DNA of 64,000 nt from an uncultured Oscillospiraceae bacterium (GTDB lineage: Bacteria > Bacillota > Clostridia > Oscillospirales > Oscillospiraceae). Both the position numbers and the translations under genes were made by a program. Under the pieces are notes generated by a model. That model was not told the origin of the DNA and ran no database searches. It worked only from the letters and a program-made list of their open reading frames with translations. Where the stretch lies: positions 8,619 through 72,618 of the forward strand of contig CALXFT010000002.1 of the NCBI GenBank assembly GCA_944387635.1, given 5' to 3'. Of this stretch, positions 17,417 through 27,550 are shown piece after piece; within the stretch, counting starts at the first letter, position 1; the number at the start of each line of letters is the position of its first letter.

Positions 17417-18600
17417 AGCTGCTGGTGGTGTGTCAGTACTACGCGCCGGAACCGTTCCGGCTTCCGGATATCTGTCAGGCCTTGGTCCGCCGGGGCTATG
17501 ACGTTGCCGTGGTCACAGGGACGCCCAACTACCCCGAGGGGGAGATCTACCCCGGGTACGAAAAGGGCGCCCGGTCTGATGAGGTCCTGGACGGCGTAAA
17601 GGTCCACCGGTGTCCCCTGATCCCGAGAAAAAGGGGCATGGCGCACCGGTTTTTGAATTATTACAGCTTTGTCTTCAGCGCCGGCCGGTATCTTCGGGGA
17701 ATGAAAGAAGATTACGATCTGGTGCTGATCAACCAGCTCTCTCCGGTGATGATGGCCCAGCCGGGCCTGTCCTGGGCCGGGCGCAAGGGCAAGAAAAGCG
17801 TGCTGTACTGCCTGGACCTGTGGCCGGAGAGCCTGTGCGCCGGAGGCATCGGACCGGGATCTCCCATCTACCGCTATTTTGCCCGGGTCTCCAGGGGGAT
17901 CTACAACGCCGCCGATCAGATCCTGGTGACTTCCCGGGGATTCATCCCCTACCTGCAAGATACCCTGGGCGTAAAAACCCCCTGCCGGTACCTTCCCCAG
18001 TATGCTGAGGACCTGTTTGAAAATGTACACCCCAGAACCGCCCACGAAGGGCCGTATCACTTCGTCTTCGCCGGAAACGTCGGCGAGATGCAGTCCGTGG
18101 GGACCATTGTGGAGGCGGCCCGGGAGCTGACCGGGGAAAACGTGAGGTTCCACATCGTCGGCGACGGCGTCAGTCTGGACGACTGCAAGGAAAAGGCCCG
18201 GGGCCTGACCAATATCACCTTCCACGGCCGGCGGGACGTGGGGGAAATGGAAGGTTACTACACCATGGCCGACGCCATGCTGGTGACGTTAAAGGACAAC
18301 CCCGTTCTGGCCAGTACTTTGCCCGGCAAGGTCCAGTCCTACATGGCCGCGGGCCGGGCGGTGGTGGGCGCCATCGGCGGAGAGACCGCGTCCCTGATTC
18401 AGCAGGCCCGGTGCGGCGTCTGCGCGGCGCCGGAGGACGGCAAGGCTCTGGCGGCGGCCATCCGGCAGCTGCTGAAAAATCCGGACCGGCTGACGGAATA
18501 CGGGGAAAACGCCCGAGACTATTATCAGAAATACTTCCGGAAGGAGGCCTTCCTGGACACCCTGTGCGGCGTCCTGGAAGCGGCCTGCCAGGCGGATTGA
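17413..18600 (+). CDS. GT4 glycosyltransferase, WbuB/WciJ-like (likely L-FucNAc transferase)
   Basis: QYYAPEPFR, GTPNYPEG, DLWPESL, LPGKVQSYMAAG; lies directly before fnlABC. Confidence 0.82.
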   Translation: MKLLVVCQYYAPEPFRLPDICQALVRRGYDVAVVTGTPNYPEGEIYPGYEKGARSDEVLDGVKVHRCPLIPRKRGMAHRFLNYYSFVFSAGRYLRGMKEDYDLVLINQLSPVMMAQPGLSWAGRKGKKSVLYCLDLWPESLCAGGIGPGSPIYRYFARVSRGIYNAADQILVTSRGFIPYLQDTLGVKTPCRYLPQYAEDLFENVHPRTAHEGPYHFVFAGNVGEMQSVGTIVEAARELTGENVRFHIVGDGVSLDDCKEKARGLTNITFHGRRDVGEMEGYYTMADAMLVTLKDNPVLASTLPGKVQSYMAAGRAVVGAIGGETASLIQQARCGVCAAPEDGKALAAAIRQLLKNPDRLTEYGENARDYYQKYFRKEAFLDTLCGVLEAACQAD

Positions 18601-18617
18601 AGAAAGAGGGAAATGCT

Positions 18618-19658
18618 ATGTTTGCGAATAAAACGCTGCTGATCACCGGAGGCACCGGTTCCTTCGGCAACGCGGTGCTCAACCGCTTCCTGGATACGGA
18701 CATCCGGGAGATCCGGATCTTCTCCCGGGACGAGAAGAAGCAGGACGACATGCGCCACGAATTCCAGGCCCGGATGCTCGAGGCGTCCAACAAGATCAAG
18801 TTCTTCATCGGCGACGTGCGGGACCTGGCTTCCGTCAAGAACGCCATGCACGGGGTGGACTACATCTTCCACGCGGCGGCCCTGAAGCAGGTGCCCTCCT
18901 GCGAGTTCTTCCCCCTGGAGGCGGTGAAGACCAATGTCTTCGGCACGGACAACGTGCTCACCGCCGCCATTGAGGCCGGGGTGAAGACGGTGATCTGCCT
19001 GTCCACGGACAAGGCGGCCTACCCCGTCAACGCCATGGGTACTTCGAAGGCCATGATGGAGAAGGTCATTGTGGCAAAGTCCCGGACCGTCTCCCCGGAG
19101 GCTACCAAGATCTGCTGCACCCGTTACGGCAATGTCATGTGCTCCCGGGGCAGCGTGATCCCCCTGTGGATCGACCAGATCCGGGCGGGCAACCCCATCA
19201 CCATCACCGAGCCGTCCATGACCCGGTTCATTATGTCCCTGGAGGAGGCGGTGGACCTGGTGCTGTTCGCCTTCGAAAATGGCGTCAGCGGCGACATTCT
19301 GGTCCAGAAGGCCCCGGCCTGCACCATTGAGACCCTGGCCGAGGCCGTCACCGGCCTGTTCCATCCGGGCCACGAGATCAAGATCATCGGCATCCGCCAC
19401 GGCGAGAAGATGTACGAGACCCTGCTGACCAACGAGGAGTGCGCCGGGGCCATTGACTTGGGCAGCTTCTACCGGGTCCCCTGCGACAAGCGGGACTTGA
19501 ACTACGACAAGTACTTCCGGGAGGGCAACATCCAGCGCGGCAGCCTGACGGAATTCAACAGCAACAACACCCAGATGCTCAACGTCGAGCAGGTCCAGCG
19601 GAAGCTGCTGAGCCTGGACTATATCCGCCAGGAGCTGGAGCGCTTCGGAAAAGACTGA
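18618..19658 (+). CDS. fnlA: UDP-GlcNAc 4,6-dehydratase/5-epimerase (FnlA/CapE/WbjB)
   Basis: LITGGTGSFGN, FSRDEKKQDDMR, AALKQVPSCEF, TRYGNVMCSRGSV, GIRHGEK. Confidence 0.93.
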   Translation: MFANKTLLITGGTGSFGNAVLNRFLDTDIREIRIFSRDEKKQDDMRHEFQARMLEASNKIKFFIGDVRDLASVKNAMHGVDYIFHAAALKQVPSCEFFPLEAVKTNVFGTDNVLTAAIEAGVKTVICLSTDKAAYPVNAMGTSKAMMEKVIVAKSRTVSPEATKICCTRYGNVMCSRGSVIPLWIDQIRAGNPITITEPSMTRFIMSLEEAVDLVLFAFENGVSGDILVQKAPACTIETLAEAVTGLFHPGHEIKIIGIRHGEKMYETLLTNEECAGAIDLGSFYRVPCDKRDLNYDKYFREGNIQRGSLTEFNSNNTQMLNVEQVQRKLLSLDYIRQELERFGKD

Positions 19659-19679
19659 TCCACACAGGAGGACACCGGG

Positions 19680-20879
19680 ATGAACATACTGATCACCGGC
19701 GCTGGCGGATTCGTGGGAAAGAACCTGACGGCGGCGTTGCAATGCATCCGCGACGGGAAGGACCGGACCCATCCCGGCCTGCGGATCGAAAAGCTCTGGC
19801 TTTACGACATAAACTCCCCCAGACAGATTCTGGAGGAGGGCTGCCGGGAGGCGGACTTCGTCTTCAATCTGGCCGGGGTCAACCGGTCCAAGAACCAGGA
19901 GGCCTTTATGGAGGGCAATTTCGGCTTTGCCTCCGACCTGCTGGACACCCTGAAACGATACGGCAACACCTGCCCGGTTATGCTCTCGTCCTCCATCCAG
20001 GCCACCCTGATGGGCCGCTACGCGGGGAGCGAGTATGGCAGGAGCAAGAAGGCGGGGGAGGAGCTGTTCTTCTCCTACGCCGCCGAAACCGGGGCCAAGG
20101 TTCTGGTCTACCGGTTCCCCAACCTCTTCGGCAAGTGGTGCCGCCCCAACTACAACTCCGCCGTGGCGACCTTCTGCTACAACTACGCCCACGACCTGCC
20201 CATCACCGTCCATGACCCGGCGGTGGAGCTGGAGCTGCTGTACATCGACGATCTGGTGCGGGAAATGCTTCTGGCCCTTCAGGGCAGGGAGCACCGGTGC
20301 GAGTTTGACGGGGTGCAGACCGTGCTCACGCCTGAGGGCCGCTACTGCGCTGCCGCCGTGACCCACCGGGCCACCCTGGGCCGGATCGTGGAGCTTCTGG
20401 ACAGCTTCAAGGCCCAGAGCCGGACCCTGACGATGCCCCGAATCCCCGAAGGGAGCCTTGAAAAGAAGCTGTATTCCACTTACCTGTCCTACCTGCCCAG
20501 GGAGAAGGCGGCCTTCGACCTGAAGATGAACGTGGACAGCCGGGGCAGCTTTACGGAGCTCCTGCGGACCCGGGACTGCGGCCAGTTCAGCGTCAACATC
20601 TCCAAGCCCGGCGTCACCAAGGGGCAGCACTGGCATCACAGCAAGTGGGAGTTTTTCATGGTGGTTTCCGGCCATGGCCTGATCCGCCAGAGGCAGATCG
20701 GCAGCGAAGAGGTTTTGGAGTTTGAAGTCTCCGGGGAAAAGATCCAGGCCGTGCACATGCTGCCCGGCTACACCCACAGCATCCGCAACCTGTCCGACAC
20801 CCAGGACCTGGTGACGGTCATGTGGGCCAACGAGTGCTTTGACCCCGAAAGCCCCGACACGTTCCGCGAGGAGGTATGA
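19680..20879 (+). CDS. fnlB: UDP-sugar 3-epimerase/4-reductase with cupin domain (FnlB/CapF/WbjC)
   Basis: ITGAGGFVGKNL, FPNLFGKWCRPNYNS, DSRGSFTE, cupin GQHWHHSKWE. Confidence 0.92.
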   Translation: MNILITGAGGFVGKNLTAALQCIRDGKDRTHPGLRIEKLWLYDINSPRQILEEGCREADFVFNLAGVNRSKNQEAFMEGNFGFASDLLDTLKRYGNTCPVMLSSSIQATLMGRYAGSEYGRSKKAGEELFFSYAAETGAKVLVYRFPNLFGKWCRPNYNSAVATFCYNYAHDLPITVHDPAVELELLYIDDLVREMLLALQGREHRCEFDGVQTVLTPEGRYCAAAVTHRATLGRIVELLDSFKAQSRTLTMPRIPEGSLEKKLYSTYLSYLPREKAAFDLKMNVDSRGSFTELLRTRDCGQFSVNISKPGVTKGQHWHHSKWEFFMVVSGHGLIRQRQIGSEEVLEFEVSGEKIQAVHMLPGYTHSIRNLSDTQDLVTVMWANECFDPESPDTFREEV

Positions 20880-22066
20880 GTGTGGAAATGAAACTGGACT
20901 ACTCCGACGTTTCCTTCCGCGGCGACGGAAAGCTGAAGCTGCTGATCGTGGTAGGCACCCGGCCGGAGATCATCCGCCTGGCCGCCGTCATCGACAAGTG
21001 CAGAACCTATTTTGACTGCATCCTGGCCCACACGGGACAGAATTACGACTACAACTTAAACGGAATTTTCTTCCGGGACCTGAAGCTGAAGGACCCGGAG
21101 GTCTATATGAACGCCGTAGGCGACGACCTGGGCGCCACCGTGGGCAACATCATCAACTGCTCCTATAAGCTTATGGCTGCCATCCGCCCCGACGCCATGC
21201 TGGTCCTGGGGGACACCAACTCCTGCCTGGCGGCCATTCCCGCCAAGCGGCTGCACATTCCCATCTTCCACATGGAGGCGGGCAACCGGTGCAAGGATGA
21301 GTGCCTGCCCGAGGAAACCAACCGCCGGATTGTGGACATCATCTCCGACGTGAACCTGGCCTACTCCGAGCGCGCCCGGACGTACCTGCACGAGTGCGGC
21401 CTGCCCAAGGAGCGGACCTATGTCACCGGCTCCCCCATGGCCGAGGTCCTCAGAAGGAACTTAGGCGATATTCTGGCCTCCGACATCCACCGGCGGCTGG
21501 GCCTGGAAAAGGGACGCTATATCCTGCTCTCTGCCCACCGGGAGGAGAACATCGACACGGAGAAGAATTTCCTGTCCCTGTTCACCGCCGTCAATGCCAT
21601 GGCGGAAAAGTATGACATGCCCATTCTCTACTCCTGCCATCCCCGGTCCAAAAAGCGGCTGGAGGACAGCGGCTTCCGGCTGGACAGCAGGGTGATTCAG
21701 CACGCGCCTCTGGGCTTTCACGACTACAACTGCCTGCAAATGAACGCCTTTGCCGTGGTCTCCGACTCCGGGACCCTGCCCGAGGAGTCCAGCTTCTTCA
21801 CCAGCGTCGGCCACCCCTTCCCGGCGGTGTGCATCCGCACCTCCACCGAGCGGCCCGAGGCCATGGAGAAGGCCTGCTTCATTCTGGCGGGCATCGATCA
21901 GGGACACCTGCTCCAGGCGGTGGACACCGCCGTGGAGATGAACCGGGCCGGGGACTGGGGGATTCCGGTGCCGGACTATGTGGAGGAGAACGTATCCACC
22001 AAGGTGGTGAAGATCATCCAGTCCTACACCGGCGTGGTGGACAAGATGGTCTGGCGCAAATTCTGA
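20876..22066 (+). CDS. fnlC: UDP-L-TalNAc 2-epimerase (FnlC/CapG/WbjD)
   Basis: VGTRPEIIR, HTGQNYD, LGDTNS, HMEAGNRC, SAHREEN, SDSGTLPEE. Confidence 0.92.
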   Translation: MSVEMKLDYSDVSFRGDGKLKLLIVVGTRPEIIRLAAVIDKCRTYFDCILAHTGQNYDYNLNGIFFRDLKLKDPEVYMNAVGDDLGATVGNIINCSYKLMAAIRPDAMLVLGDTNSCLAAIPAKRLHIPIFHMEAGNRCKDECLPEETNRRIVDIISDVNLAYSERARTYLHECGLPKERTYVTGSPMAEVLRRNLGDILASDIHRRLGLEKGRYILLSAHREENIDTEKNFLSLFTAVNAMAEKYDMPILYSCHPRSKKRLEDSGFRLDSRVIQHAPLGFHDYNCLQMNAFAVVSDSGTLPEESSFFTSVGHPFPAVCIRTSTERPEAMEKACFILAGIDQGHLLQAVDTAVEMNRAGDWGIPVPDYVEENVSTKVVKIIQSYTGVVDKMVWRKF

Positions 22067-22082
22067 GCCGGGAGGACAGGCC

Positions 22083-23192
22083 ATGAAGTACCTGTTTATC
22101 AACTCCGTGGCGGGCTTCGGCAGCACCGGACGGATCGCCGCGGATCAGTGCCGGGAGCTGACGGCCCAGGGCCACCGGTGCGTTCTGGCCTACGGCCGGA
22201 ACAAGGTGGGCTGCGACGACATCGACACGGTCCGCATCGGCTCATCCCTGGAGATTGCCGCCCATGTGGCGCGGAACCGGCTGCTGGATGACCAGGGCTT
22301 CGGCTCCCGGCGGGGGACCCGGAAGTTTCTCGACTGGGTCCGGGAATACGATCCGGATGTGATCTGGCTGCACAACCTTCACGGCTACTATCTGAATGTG
22401 GGTATGCTCTTCGCCTATCTTCGCGTCTGCGGCAAGCGAATCCTGTGGACCCTCCACGACTGCTGGAGCTTCACGGGCCACTGCGCCTACTTTGACTTTG
22501 CCGGCTGCCAGGCATGGAAGACCGGCTGCCGGGATTGCCCCCAGAAAGGGGCCTATCCCAAGAGCAGCCTGCTGGACGGCAGCCGCCGAAATTATGAAAG
22601 GAAGAAGGCTCTGTTCACCGGAATCCCGGATCTGACCCTGGTGGTGCCTTCCCACTGGCTGGAGAAGCGGGTGCGGGAGAGCTTTTTGAAGGAGTACCCG
22701 GTCCGGGTGGTGTACAACACCGTCAACCGGGAGGTGTTCCGGCCCACACCCGGCGGCTTCCGGAGCCGGTACGGTCTGGAAGGGAAGAAGATGATCCTGG
22801 GCGTGGCCAGCGTCTGGGACGAGCGCAAGGGCCTGGGGGACTTCCTGGAGCTGCGCAAGCTGCTGGATTCCCGGTACGCCATTGTGCTGGTGGGCCTGAA
22901 CCGGAACCAGATCCGGGGGCTGCCCAACGGAATTCTGGGACTGCCCAGAACCGATTCGGTCCGGGACCTGGCGGAAATTTACACCGCCGCCGACGTCTAT
23001 GTGAATCCCAGCACCGAGGAGACCTTCGGCATGACCACCCTGGAGGCCCGCTGCTGCGGCACCGAGGCTGTGGTCTACCGGGATACGGCCTGTGAGGAGA
23101 TCGTTGCTGGGTTCGGCGGCGTCGCCGTGCCACGGGGGGCGGAGCATCTGCGCCGGGCCATCGCGGTACTTTTGAAGGAGGAAACCCCATGA
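22083..23192 (+). CDS. GT4 glycosyltransferase (WcaC-like)
   Basis: GSTGRI, LHNLHGYY, WTLHDCW, ETFGMTTLEA. Confidence 0.85.
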   Translation: MKYLFINSVAGFGSTGRIAADQCRELTAQGHRCVLAYGRNKVGCDDIDTVRIGSSLEIAAHVARNRLLDDQGFGSRRGTRKFLDWVREYDPDVIWLHNLHGYYLNVGMLFAYLRVCGKRILWTLHDCWSFTGHCAYFDFAGCQAWKTGCRDCPQKGAYPKSSLLDGSRRNYERKKALFTGIPDLTLVVPSHWLEKRVRESFLKEYPVRVVYNTVNREVFRPTPGGFRSRYGLEGKKMILGVASVWDERKGLGDFLELRKLLDSRYAIVLVGLNRNQIRGLPNGILGLPRTDSVRDLAEIYTAADVYVNPSTEETFGMTTLEARCCGTEAVVYRDTACEEIVAGFGGVAVPRGAEHLRRAIAVLLKEETP

Positions 23193-24439
23193 CCTATTAC
23201 CGGTTCCCGGAAAGCCGGGCGACCAAGGCTCTGTTGGGCCTGCTCCTGTTTGCCATGCTGTTCTTGGCCCGGGACACCCTGACCACCTCCTGTGTTCTGG
23301 GGTTCTATCCGGCCCAGTTTCTCATGCTCGGCATCATCGCTCTGGCTGCTGTGGTGTTCCTGATCGTGAATCGGAGGAACCTGAAGGCCATTTTCACCGA
23401 CGGGCGGATTCTGGTGGTCCTGATCGCCACGGCAGCGATTCTGATTCCCATGGTCTGCAAGTGGGACTGGCAGATGATGTATCTGAGCATCCTGATCTGT
23501 GTGTATTTCGGGGTCTTCCTGAGCTATTTCCTGACAAGCCGGGAAACGGCCAAGTATTATGTGATCATTTTGTCCGTGCTGGCGGTTTATTCCGTCATCG
23601 CCACCTATCTGCTGCGGCGGATTCCGGACAGCGGCGTGGCTTCCGTGCCCATGTTCCGCAACGACCGGGAGGTGGACTTCTACAACTTCGGACTGTCCTA
23701 TGTTTCGGTCTGGTTCGTGAAGAACCGGAATTTCGGCATCTTCCGGGAGCCGGGGGTATACCAGTACTTTCTGATCCTGGGACTGTACCTGACCCAGTAC
23801 CATGTGGACTGGAAAAAGACCTGGCACATGTGGCTGACCACCGCCATTCTGGCGGCCACCCTGGTGACCACCCTGGCCACCGGCGGCATCATCGAGCTGG
23901 GACTGCTGGCTTTGGTGGTGTTTGTGGACAAGAAGCTCTACCGGGACAAGCGGTTCGTCCTCTTCGCCCTGGCCCTGGCGGCCGCGGCCGGTGTGGTGGT
24001 GGCGGTGAGCGTGGCGCAGAAGAACGAACTGTACTGGGAGCTCTACGACATGCTCATCGGCAAATTCGTCTCCGGAGGGGACTCCTTCTCCGAGCGGACC
24101 GAGGCGGTGCTGGTGGACCTGAAGCTGTTTCTGGACAGCCCCATCTTCGGCCAAACCATTTACGATACCCTCCACGCCGTGGAGAACAACACCACCTCCA
24201 CCCTGATCCTGTTTGCGGTATTCGGCATTGCGGGCGGCGCGCTCCATGTGCTCTCCTGGGCTGCCCTGGCGTGGGACCGGAAGGGGAAAGTGTGGGTCAA
24301 TCTTGCCGTGCTGGTGATTCTGTTCATGTCCTTCAACACCCAGAATCTGACGGCGGATGTGTTCTTCTGGCTCTTCCCGGTCATGACGCTGACCGAGCGG
24401 GCCGTACCGGCGCTGCGCCGACGGAAAGGAAAGGGATAA
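23189..24439 (+). CDS. wzy: Wzy-like polysaccharide polymerase
   Basis: About 11 hydrophobic segments with an RNFGIFREPG loop; located within a Wzx-type operon. Confidence 0.6.
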   Translation: MTYYRFPESRATKALLGLLLFAMLFLARDTLTTSCVLGFYPAQFLMLGIIALAAVVFLIVNRRNLKAIFTDGRILVVLIATAAILIPMVCKWDWQMMYLSILICVYFGVFLSYFLTSRETAKYYVIILSVLAVYSVIATYLLRRIPDSGVASVPMFRNDREVDFYNFGLSYVSVWFVKNRNFGIFREPGVYQYFLILGLYLTQYHVDWKKTWHMWLTTAILAATLVTTLATGGIIELGLLALVVFVDKKLYRDKRFVLFALALAAAAGVVVAVSVAQKNELYWELYDMLIGKFVSGGDSFSERTEAVLVDLKLFLDSPIFGQTIYDTLHAVENNTTSTLILFAVFGIAGGALHVLSWAALAWDRKGKVWVNLAVLVILFMSFNTQNLTADVFFWLFPVMTLTERAVPALRRRKGKG

Positions 24440-24440
24440 C

Positions 24441-25256
24441 GTGGAACGAGAATTGCTCAGAAAAGTCCAGCTGATCCAGCTGGAGATCGCCAAAGAGCTC
24501 AAGCGGGTCTGTGAGGAGAACGACATCCGCTGCTTCCTCAACTGGGGCAGCTTCCTGGGCGCCGTGCGGCACAAGGGCTTCATCCCCTGGGACGACGACA
24601 TGGACTTCGGCATGCTTCGCCAGGACTATGAGAAGTTCCGCCGGATCGCTCCGGAAAAGCTGGGGCCGGAGTTCGTCTTCCAGGACTGGAGCACGGAGGA
24701 AAACTACGCCCTGCCCTTCGGCAAGCTGCGCAAGCGGGGAACGCTGTTCGTAGAGGCCAAGGGTACCCGGTTTCCGGAGAACGGCATTTACATCGACATC
24801 TTCCCCCTGGACTACGCCCCTCAGAGCCCGGAGGACCGGGAAAAGCTGACCAGGCAGCAGCTGCACCTGTTCCGGGTGAAGATGATGAAGTCCGGCTACA
24901 CCCCCTGGATGGAGGAGGACCGGATCGTCTGGAAGAAGCGGATCGGCTACCTGTTCTATCAGTTCCTGTCCCTGTTCGTCAGCGGGAAGGGGCTGGTCCG
25001 CAGGTACGAGGCGCTGTCCGCCGCCGTGCCGGAGAGCGACACGGTCTACGAACAGTTTGCCACCCCCGTGACCCACTATCTGAAGACCCGGTGGTGCACG
25101 GAGCTGGCGGAGTATCCCTTTGAGGACACCACCTTTGCCGGACCCAAGGAGTACGACGCGGTGCTCACCGCCATGTACGGCGACTATATGACGCCGCCGC
25201 CGGAGGATCAGCGGGAGAACCGGCATCAGATCATGGAGATCGACCTGGGGCAGTGA
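24441..25256 (+). CDS. licD: LicD-family phosphotransferase
   Basis: GSFLGAVRHKGFIPWDDDMDFGM and IYIDIFPLD. Confidence 0.9.
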   Translation: MERELLRKVQLIQLEIAKELKRVCEENDIRCFLNWGSFLGAVRHKGFIPWDDDMDFGMLRQDYEKFRRIAPEKLGPEFVFQDWSTEENYALPFGKLRKRGTLFVEAKGTRFPENGIYIDIFPLDYAPQSPEDREKLTRQQLHLFRVKMMKSGYTPWMEEDRIVWKKRIGYLFYQFLSLFVSGKGLVRRYEALSAAVPESDTVYEQFATPVTHYLKTRWCTELAEYPFEDTTFAGPKEYDAVLTAMYGDYMTPPPEDQRENRHQIMEIDLGQ

Positions 25257-25278
25257 GCCTCGGAAAGGAGCGCGCCGG

Positions 25279-26373
25279 ATGAAGCGTGTGCTGTTTTTAA
25301 CCAACTACCCCTCGCCCTACCGGGTCCGGTTCTTTGATGAGCTGGGCAAGACCATGGACGTGACGGTGCTGTTCGCCAAGCCCACCAGTGAGGTCAGGCA
25401 CCGGAACAAGGACTGGTACATCTCCGGCCAGGGGAACTTCCGGGCCGTTCAGCTGGAGCGGGGCGTGAAGCTGGGCGGCAGCACCGTGTATACGGACGTG
25501 ATCTCCTGGCTGCGCCGGGATTTTGACCACATTGTCGTCTGCGGCTACGGCCTTCCCACCATGATCCTGGCCATGGCCTATATGCGCCTGCGGCGGATTC
25601 GGTTCGATATGGAGGTGGACGGCGGACTCATCCGGCAGGAAAATTGGCTCAAGTACCGCTTCAAGCGGCGCTTGGTCCGCATGGCCAGCCGCTGGCTCAG
25701 CACCGGCCGGGCCACCACCGAATACCTTGTGCACTACGGCGCGAATCCGGAGCGGGTGGTGACCTATCCGTTCTCCTCTCTGAGCCAGGCGGATTTGCGC
25801 GAAAGCCCGGCCTCCCAAGCCGAGAAGGAAGCTCTGCGCCGGGAACTGGATCTGCCGGAGGGACCGCTGGCTCTGTCCATCGGCCAGTTCATCCATCGCA
25901 AGGGCTTTGACGTGCTGATGAAAGCGTCTGCGGGCATGGACGTGTCCGTGTGCATCGTGGGCGGGGAGCCGGGGGAGGAGTATCGGAAGCTGCGCCGGGA
26001 ACTGGGGGCGGACCGGGTGATCTTCCGGGGCTTTCAGAAAAAGGAAGCGCTGGCAAACTATTACCGGGCGGCGGACCTGTTCGTCCTGCCCACCCGGGAG
26101 GACATTTGGGGCCTGGTGATCAACGAGGCCATGGCCTTCGGCCTTCCTGTGGTGACCACGGACAAGTGCGTGGCCGGGCTGGAGCTGGTGGAGGAGGGCG
26201 TCAACGGAGCGCTGATCCCTGCCGACGATCCCCAGGCGCTGGCGGAGGCCATCCGCCGGGTTCTGGAGGCGGATCTGTGGGAAATGGGCAAGGCATCCCT
26301 GGAGAAGATCCGGCCCTACACCATCGAGAACATGGCCCATGTCCATGAAGAAATTTTTGAAAGCGGGAGATAA
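25279..26373 (+). CDS. GT4 glycosyltransferase
   Basis: TNYPSPYR, GQFIHRKG, EDIWGLVINEAMAFG. Confidence 0.87.
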   Translation: MKRVLFLTNYPSPYRVRFFDELGKTMDVTVLFAKPTSEVRHRNKDWYISGQGNFRAVQLERGVKLGGSTVYTDVISWLRRDFDHIVVCGYGLPTMILAMAYMRLRRIRFDMEVDGGLIRQENWLKYRFKRRLVRMASRWLSTGRATTEYLVHYGANPERVVTYPFSSLSQADLRESPASQAEKEALRRELDLPEGPLALSIGQFIHRKGFDVLMKASAGMDVSVCIVGGEPGEEYRKLRRELGADRVIFRGFQKKEALANYYRAADLFVLPTREDIWGLVINEAMAFGLPVVTTDKCVAGLELVEEGVNGALIPADDPQALAEAIRRVLEADLWEMGKASLEKIRPYTIENMAHVHEEIFESGR

Positions 26374-26376
26374 GCC

Positions 26377-27546
26377 ATGCGGATTCTCTATGCCGTGACC
26401 ACCTGTTCGGACAGGACCTATCGGGAGCTGTTCGCCGACGCCCCGGTGAAACCGGCCTTTCAGTCTCAGAAATATCACCGGCTCCTCATTGAGGGGCTGG
26501 CGGCCCACACCCGGGTGGAGGTCATTGCCAACGCCCCGGTGAACCGCGCGGTGCTGAAAAAGCCCTTCCTCCGGCTGGCGCCGGAGAACGAGGGCGGCGC
26601 CCATTACCGCTATCTTCCGGCGGTTCGAGATCCCATCTGCAAAGCCCTTGTGGTGGGCTTTGGAACCTTCGGAAGAACCCTTGCCATGGCTGACCGGGAC
26701 AGCGCCGTGGTGGTGGACTGCCTGAACCGGGTCACGGCCCTGGCGGCCATGGCGGCGGCCAGGCTGCGCCGCCGGCCCTGCGTCGGCATTGTCACGGACC
26801 TGCCGGATATGCTGGGGGGCGGCGGCTTCTCCAAGGGGCTGGCAAACTTCGTCATCCGCCATTGTACCGGCTATGTGCTGCTGACCGAGGCCATGAACGG
26901 CTATCTCAACCCCAAGGGCAAGCCCTATGTGATTCTGGAGGGCCACGCCGACATTGCCATGGAGCGGAAGACCCCGGACCCGGAAAAGAAAATCAAGCCC
27001 AGAGTCTGCCTTTACGCCGGGGGCGTGAGCCAGCGCTACGGCCTGGACAACCTGGTGGAGGGCTTCCTCCGGGCAAACCCGGCCAACGCGGAGCTGCACA
27101 TCTACGGTCCGGGGGACTATGTGCCGCGGCTGCGGGACATAGCCCGGCAGGACAGCCGGGTGGTCTACGGCGGCATGCTCCTCAGCAGCCAGATCGTGGA
27201 CAAGGAGATGGAGGCCACGCTTCTGGTCAATCCCCGGCCCACGGACGAGAAATATGTGAAGTACTCCTTCCCCTCCAAGACCATGGAGTACATGGCCTCG
27301 GGGACCCCGGTGCTGACCACCGTACTGCCGGGCATGCCCAGGGAGTACCACCCCTATGTATATCTGATCGAGGACGAGTCGGCCCAGGGCGTGGCGGATG
27401 CCCTGAAACGGGTTCTGGAGCATTCCGACGAGGAATTGTCCGAAAAGGGCCGCCGGGCCAGAGAATTTATTTTGCGGGAAAAGAACAACGTGATCCAGGC
27501 GGGAAAGATCCTTCACATGCTGGAGTCCATGGAACAGAGGAGGTAA
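26377..27546 (+). CDS. GT4-like glycosyltransferase
   Basis: YAGGV, LVNPRP, YSFPSKTMEYMASG. Confidence 0.82.
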   Translation: MRILYAVTTCSDRTYRELFADAPVKPAFQSQKYHRLLIEGLAAHTRVEVIANAPVNRAVLKKPFLRLAPENEGGAHYRYLPAVRDPICKALVVGFGTFGRTLAMADRDSAVVVDCLNRVTALAAMAAARLRRRPCVGIVTDLPDMLGGGGFSKGLANFVIRHCTGYVLLTEAMNGYLNPKGKPYVILEGHADIAMERKTPDPEKKIKPRVCLYAGGVSQRYGLDNLVEGFLRANPANAELHIYGPGDYVPRLRDIARQDSRVVYGGMLLSSQIVDKEMEATLLVNPRPTDEKYVKYSFPSKTMEYMASGTPVLTTVLPGMPREYHPYVYLIEDESAQGVADALKRVLEHSDEELSEKGRRAREFILREKNNVIQAGKILHMLESMEQRR

Positions 27547-27550
27547 GGCC

